Source: Terriglobia bacterium (lineage in GTDB: Bacteria; Acidobacteriota; Terriglobia; 20CM-2-55-15). Taken from it: 64,000 nt of DNA. Location of the stretch: contig CBDAOY010000005.1 of NCBI GenBank assembly GCA_965198225.1, positions 448,001-512,000 of the forward strand. Direction: 5' to 3'. Below are positions 60,372 through 64,000 of this stretch, one piece after another. The notes below the pieces were generated by a model. The model searched no databases. It was not told where the DNA came from and worked only from the letters and a program-made list of their open reading frames with translations. Each line of letters begins with the position of its first letter. Position 1 is the first letter of the stretch. The position numbers were made by a program, and so were the translations under genes.

Positions 60372-61555
60372 CTCCGCAGTGGAAATCCGCACACAACTCG
60401 GATTCCCACAGCTGCTTGAAAACAGCCTCGAAGACTCGGCTTTTTCACAGTTCCCACAGGCTCGGGCGACGGGCTAAATATCAACCCATTTCAGTGGCAG
60501 CGATCCACCTTAAGACCCGGGGGTTGCTGTCCGAAGAATGGGGAGCCCACTCATAGTGCCATCACTTAAAGCGGCGATCACTACCAGGATCACGGCCTTT
60601 TCCTTCTCCAGCCCTGCTTTGATGTACACACCGTCTGCCCACAGATACACCACTTCCAGATCGTCCAGCCGACGGCTTTGCCAGGCCTCCATTTCTCCCT
60701 GCCACTTCTCCTTCAACCGGGCTACGGTGCTGGGGGACAGCGGCGCTTCTTCCCCTAAAAGCCCTCTTAAGGCCAGATCGAAATCCCCCTCGGCCAGACC
60801 ATGCAAATAGAGTTCTGGAATCAAGTCTCGTACCTCTTGCGTCCGCTTGGCAAACAGCGGCAAGACCCGGCTCTCAAAACGCTCTTCCAGATCCCGCACT
60901 CGGGGACGCCGCAGCTTGATCGTTCCGCAACTCAGCGTCAGTCGCCGCTCCTTACCGTAGCCGTTGCGATAGCCACCGGGTGCGTCCACTTCTCGGCGAC
61001 GCTCATTCTTTCTTCGTCCCAGCAGCTGTGTCACTTCATCCTCCAACAGTTCCTGTACGTAAAACTGGATCTGCTCTCGCACCCACTCTTCCAGCTGTTC
61101 AAAGCAGACTCTTGACTCCACACTTCGATCAATGTTCTTCTTGCTCATGGCGGTGTGACTCCTTCCTTTCGGGCTCTTCCGCCCGGGTTTTTATTTCACC
61201 CGGAAGGATAATCACCGCCTATGCTATTTACACACCTTTTGAGGGTAGCTCCCCGGTCACCGATGCCGATTGATCGCCATCTCGCGTAATTCGCCGAGTC
61301 GAAAATCCTCCTACGGCGCAGACTCCTAGCCCCTTTATTTCACCGATTCGAAAATCAAGGCACCCTTCATTGGACATTTTTCCCAAGAATTAGCTTCAAG
61401 CGAATGGTTTGACACACCGATGATCCGTCCCAGCTCCTCCACCGATCCGGCGGCCTCGGAGCGACGCGTCGTCGGCAAGGCCGAGTTCCTGGAGCCACGC
61501 GATTGTCTTCACACCAGCTCAATCCTACCTTTCAATCCTTTGGGGAATCGCAACG

Positions 61556-62779
61556 CTACAGATCGGCGAAGGGAAGCGCAGTCACACCGGGACCGAGGGG
61601 CAGACGTATGTCACCGGGATGTACCACGTATCCGGGTAACGCCGCACTTCCCATGTCCCCTTGGAATGTCTTGATGGCTCTGGCCATGGGCGGTCGCGGT
61701 GTAGCGGACAGCTTCACCTCGATGGGGACAAGCCCTCCGGCGGTTTCGACCACGAAATCCACTTCCGTTCCCACCATGGTGCGCCAAAAGTAGACCTGGG
61801 GGTCCATCCCACGATGCGTCAACGTTCTGATGATTTCTGACAGCACCGCCGTTTCCATGATGGAGCCGCGCATGGGGCCTGAGGCGGCATGGGTGGGGTC
61901 CTTGAGACCCGCCAAGTAGCAAAGCGTGCCAACGTCGGTGAAATACACTTTCGGAGTCTTCACAAGCCGTTTCCCGACGTTGGCAAAGTAAGGGCGCAGC
62001 ACGATCACCTGGTAGGTGGCTTCGAGCACGGAGAGCCATGCCTTGATGGTGTTGACCGCAACCCCGAGGTCTCGGGCGACGTCGGTCAGACTCAAAAGCT
62101 GCGCACTTCGGGACGCCAGGACGCGGAGGAAATTCTGATACTGAGTCAGGTCCCCGACCTGACGGAGTGTGCGCACGTCCCGTTCGAGATAGGTCTGAAT
62201 ATAGCTGGCATGCCAAAGGAAGGCATCCCGGTCAGGTTGTATCGCGAGTTCCGGGTACCCGCCTCGAAGAAAGCCTTTCCATAGGTCGCTAAACATGTGC
62301 GGCGTTCTCGAAGGCGATGGGCGCTTGCGTTCCCACGCAAGGGAAACCGCCGGTCGTCCTTCCGCTTCCCGCCTGGACAGCGGCAACAGGTGGAGTATGG
62401 CCGCGCGGCCCGCCAACGACTCGGTCACCTTCTCAGCGAGCAACAAATTCTGTGAGCCGGTCAACAGGTATTGGCCGGTCTTGGCACGGTCCGCGTCGAT
62501 CTTTTCCTTGATGTAGGGAAGCAGGTCGGGGGCGTACTGCAGCTCATCGAAGATCGCTGGCGGCGGGTATAGTGCCAGCAAACCGCGTGGGTCTTCCGCG
62601 GCGGCCGCGCGAACATCCGGCGGTTCCAAAGATAGATAACGACAACGCCTTCCGAAGAGATGTTGCAGCAGAGTCGTCTTGCCGGACTGGCGCGGCCCGG
62701 TCAGGACCACAGCAGGAAACTCGGATGCCGCCTTCTTGAGGACCGGTTCCAGCGAGCGTTGGATGTACGGCAAATTCAT
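61556..62779 (-). CDS. AAA+ ATPase (AAA_14 + DUF4143)
   Basis: GPRQSGKTT, FDELQ, LTGS, ESLAGR, GGYP, YLERD, KTPKVYFTD, EVDFV..PIEVK. Confidence 0.92.
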   Translation of the reverse strand: MNLPYIQRSLEPVLKKAASEFPAVVLTGPRQSGKTTLLQHLFGRRCRYLSLEPPDVRAAAAEDPRGLLALYPPPAIFDELQYAPDLLPYIKEKIDADRAKTGQYLLTGSQNLLLAEKVTESLAGRAAILHLLPLSRREAEGRPAVSLAWERKRPSPSRTPHMFSDLWKGFLRGGYPELAIQPDRDAFLWHASYIQTYLERDVRTLRQVGDLTQYQNFLRVLASRSAQLLSLTDVARDLGVAVNTIKAWLSVLEATYQVIVLRPYFANVGKRLVKTPKVYFTDVGTLCYLAGLKDPTHAASGPMRGSIMETAVLSEIIRTLTHRGMDPQVYFWRTMVGTEVDFVVETAGGLVPIEVKLSATPRPPMARAIKTFQGDMGSAALPGYVVHPGDIRLPLGPGVTALPFADL

Positions 62780-62782
62780 GGA

Positions 62783-62815
62783 TTGATATTATGCATTTAG
62801 AATGCACAATATCAA
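62783..62815. promoter_or_regulatory. inverted-repeat operator directly upstream of the AAA+ gene
   Basis: TTGATATTATGCATT-TAG-AATGCACAATATCAA (15-bp arms, 1 mismatch), 3 bp from the ATG. Confidence 0.65.
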
Positions 62816-63057
62816 GAACGGCCTCCCCTCTTCACTCGTGGCTGGCTCTGATCCTTACGCCGACTGAGCTTCTCTCTGTAGGAGGTAGGCGACGGTTTTC
62901 AACGCGGCGTCCAAGAAAGGGTCAAATAGAGTCTATTTCGGACTGTTAAAGACTACAGTATCCAGCACATTGTGTAGTCCATTAACGTCGAGCAAGACGT
63001 TCGTTATTCTAGACACCTGGCCATGATCTTTCCGTCTCGAAGCCAATTGGCAAGGCA

Positions 63058-63160
63058 GCACCGCACGCTTCCGGGCCTCGGGTGAATATCTGGCTGGTCT
63101 TCCCGTGGTGACTCCCATCGTCTCAAGTAATGGAGTCTCCGGAAAACCCGGGGCGGTTCA
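63058..63160 (-). mobile_element. left-end fragment of a second IS3-family element
   Basis: TGAACCGCCCCGGGTTTTCCGGAGAC terminus followed by OrfA start ..RYSPEARKRAV, truncated. Confidence 0.72.
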
Positions 63161-63735
63161 ACTTGATTGACGAGCTTTACGAGGTTTACCGTGACGGCCA
63201 CACGGCACCGCTGGCAGCCTTTCGGCAATATTTCGTGACCCGGGAAGATAGCCAGCCAAAGGTCATGCGCGCGCATGGAATCATGCGCAACCTTTAAAGG
63301 AAGGAGTAGCTGTTGTTCGGCGTGGATGTTCGACACCTATGGGCATGTGCAGTGGCATCGGAGAGCAACGCCTCGGAGTACTTGGCCCACAACGCCGATC
63401 AGGCCGTCGACCTGGACACTGGCACAGGCGTCGCCATCGCCCCACAGGCGGTGGTTGTGGGGTGACCCGCGCCGCTCAGCGCGGGACAAACCCAACGATA
63501 AAGATACTTATCGGTGAGTGTATAGCTCCATCGTCCCACAGCCGGACCTGCTCGGGCCCGCTTGGGGGCTCGACTCGTTTTTGAGAAAATGGGCGCGGTG
63601 GCGCAGGCCTGGAGCCTGTGCGAGAAGCGGTCGTTTCCCCAACCGGTCCGCTCGTCACTGGGAAGATGGAAAATCGAATCCGCTATCAGCTATGGCGAAT
63701 GATATGTGGCACCCCGTCAACCCTAACTCAGCGTC

Positions 63736-63927
63736 CTAGTGTAGGCCGTCACAATTGACGTAACGCAATGCGCTTTCCAGATCCGGGTTTATATGAGGAA
63801 AGCACCGACCATTAAGTCGGATATCCCTGTTAGAAAGGAACTGGAGCGGCTACGCAGCAGCAGTGTGTCGGTCCGGTTGGCAGAACTATTCCGATAAGTT
63901 ACAGTCTGTTTGACGGGGGACCACTAG
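63736..63927. mobile_element. possible degenerate MITE with CTAGTG..CACTAG ends
   Basis: CTAGTGTAGGCCGTCACAATTGACGTAAC versus reverse complement CTAGTGGTCCCCCGTCAAACAGACTGTAAC. Confidence 0.45.
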
Positions 63928-63956
63928 AGTACCCGGAATATCGTCTTCCGGGGTCG

Positions 63957-64000
63957 CTACTGCTTCTTGATCACAACCAGCGTGACGTCATCGGACGGCG
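63957..64000 (-). CDS. 3' end of a PP2C/SpoIIE-type phosphatase entering from outside the window
   Basis: reads PSDDVTLVVIKKQ*, matching the DDxTlvv terminal motif. Confidence 0.6.
   Translation of the reverse strand, partial: PSDDVTLVVIKKQ

Larger units (their letters stand above)
59172..60553 (+). mobile_element. IS3-family element (innermost layer)
   Basis: TG..CA ends: TGAGGTGCTCCCCAAAATTCGGACAG / CTGTCCGAAGAATGGGGAGCCCACTCA; 3-bp TSD TAG. Confidence 0.92.
58519..61148 (-). pseudogene. IS256 family transposase split by the IS3 insertion
   Basis: N-part YRNGY..PRVR..YLWADG..SDGT (61148-60554) rejoins C-part KVVV..RESTQSW..ADGHLG..QRCWNH..RTTNPVES (59168-58519). Confidence 0.9.
58488..61251 (-). 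mobile_element. IS256-family element inserted in the 3' non-coding end of the IS1182
   Basis: 28-bp imperfect IRs GAGGTTCCGTCAATAAGTGTGTAAATAG / GAGCTACCCTCAAAAGGTGTGTAAATAG; 9-bp TSD CCCGGTCAC. Confidence 0.9.
57003..61325 (+). mobile_element. IS1182-family element (outer layer of the IS nest)
   Basis: IRs GAGCCTGCGCCGTAGGA / TCCTACGGCGCAGACTC; CTAG on both flanks (56999-57002, 61326-61329). Confidence 0.88.

Noticed and set aside
63004-63336. 110-aa minus-strand ORF
   Set aside because: It crosses the end of the IS3 fragment, so it is a chance fusion of unrelated DNA.

Overview
A GC-rich bacterial window whose gene content (TPR Ser/Thr kinase, DUF5916, DUF4159, PQQ-like propellers, 'PHFADGGG' repeat protein) suggests Acidobacteriota; this taxonomy is inferred. 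The first ~53 kb is accessory metabolism and envelope genes: glcD, two divergent orphan GspE/PilB ATPases, a patatin, an OPT-AroM / DUF917-hydantoinase cluster, a cobalt nitrile hydratase whose alpha subunit has a twin-arginine-like N-terminus, an rsgA paralog with a candidate leader-peptide attenuator, a DUF3179 selenoprotein (UGA plus SECIS-like hairpin) and several exported hydrolases. GTAG-type REP/REPIN arrays, small MITEs and several frameshifted or truncated genes are scattered through it. The last ~11 kb is a mobile-element pile-up. It holds a nested group II intron: an RT-encoding WADD intron whose EBS1 matches the conserved domain III motif of other introns, flanked by halves that appear to come from two different host introns. 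It also holds a Tn3-family mini-element and a three-layer IS1182 > IS256 > IS3 nest with all terminal repeats and target duplications readable. All calls are from reading the sequence; no database searches were run.
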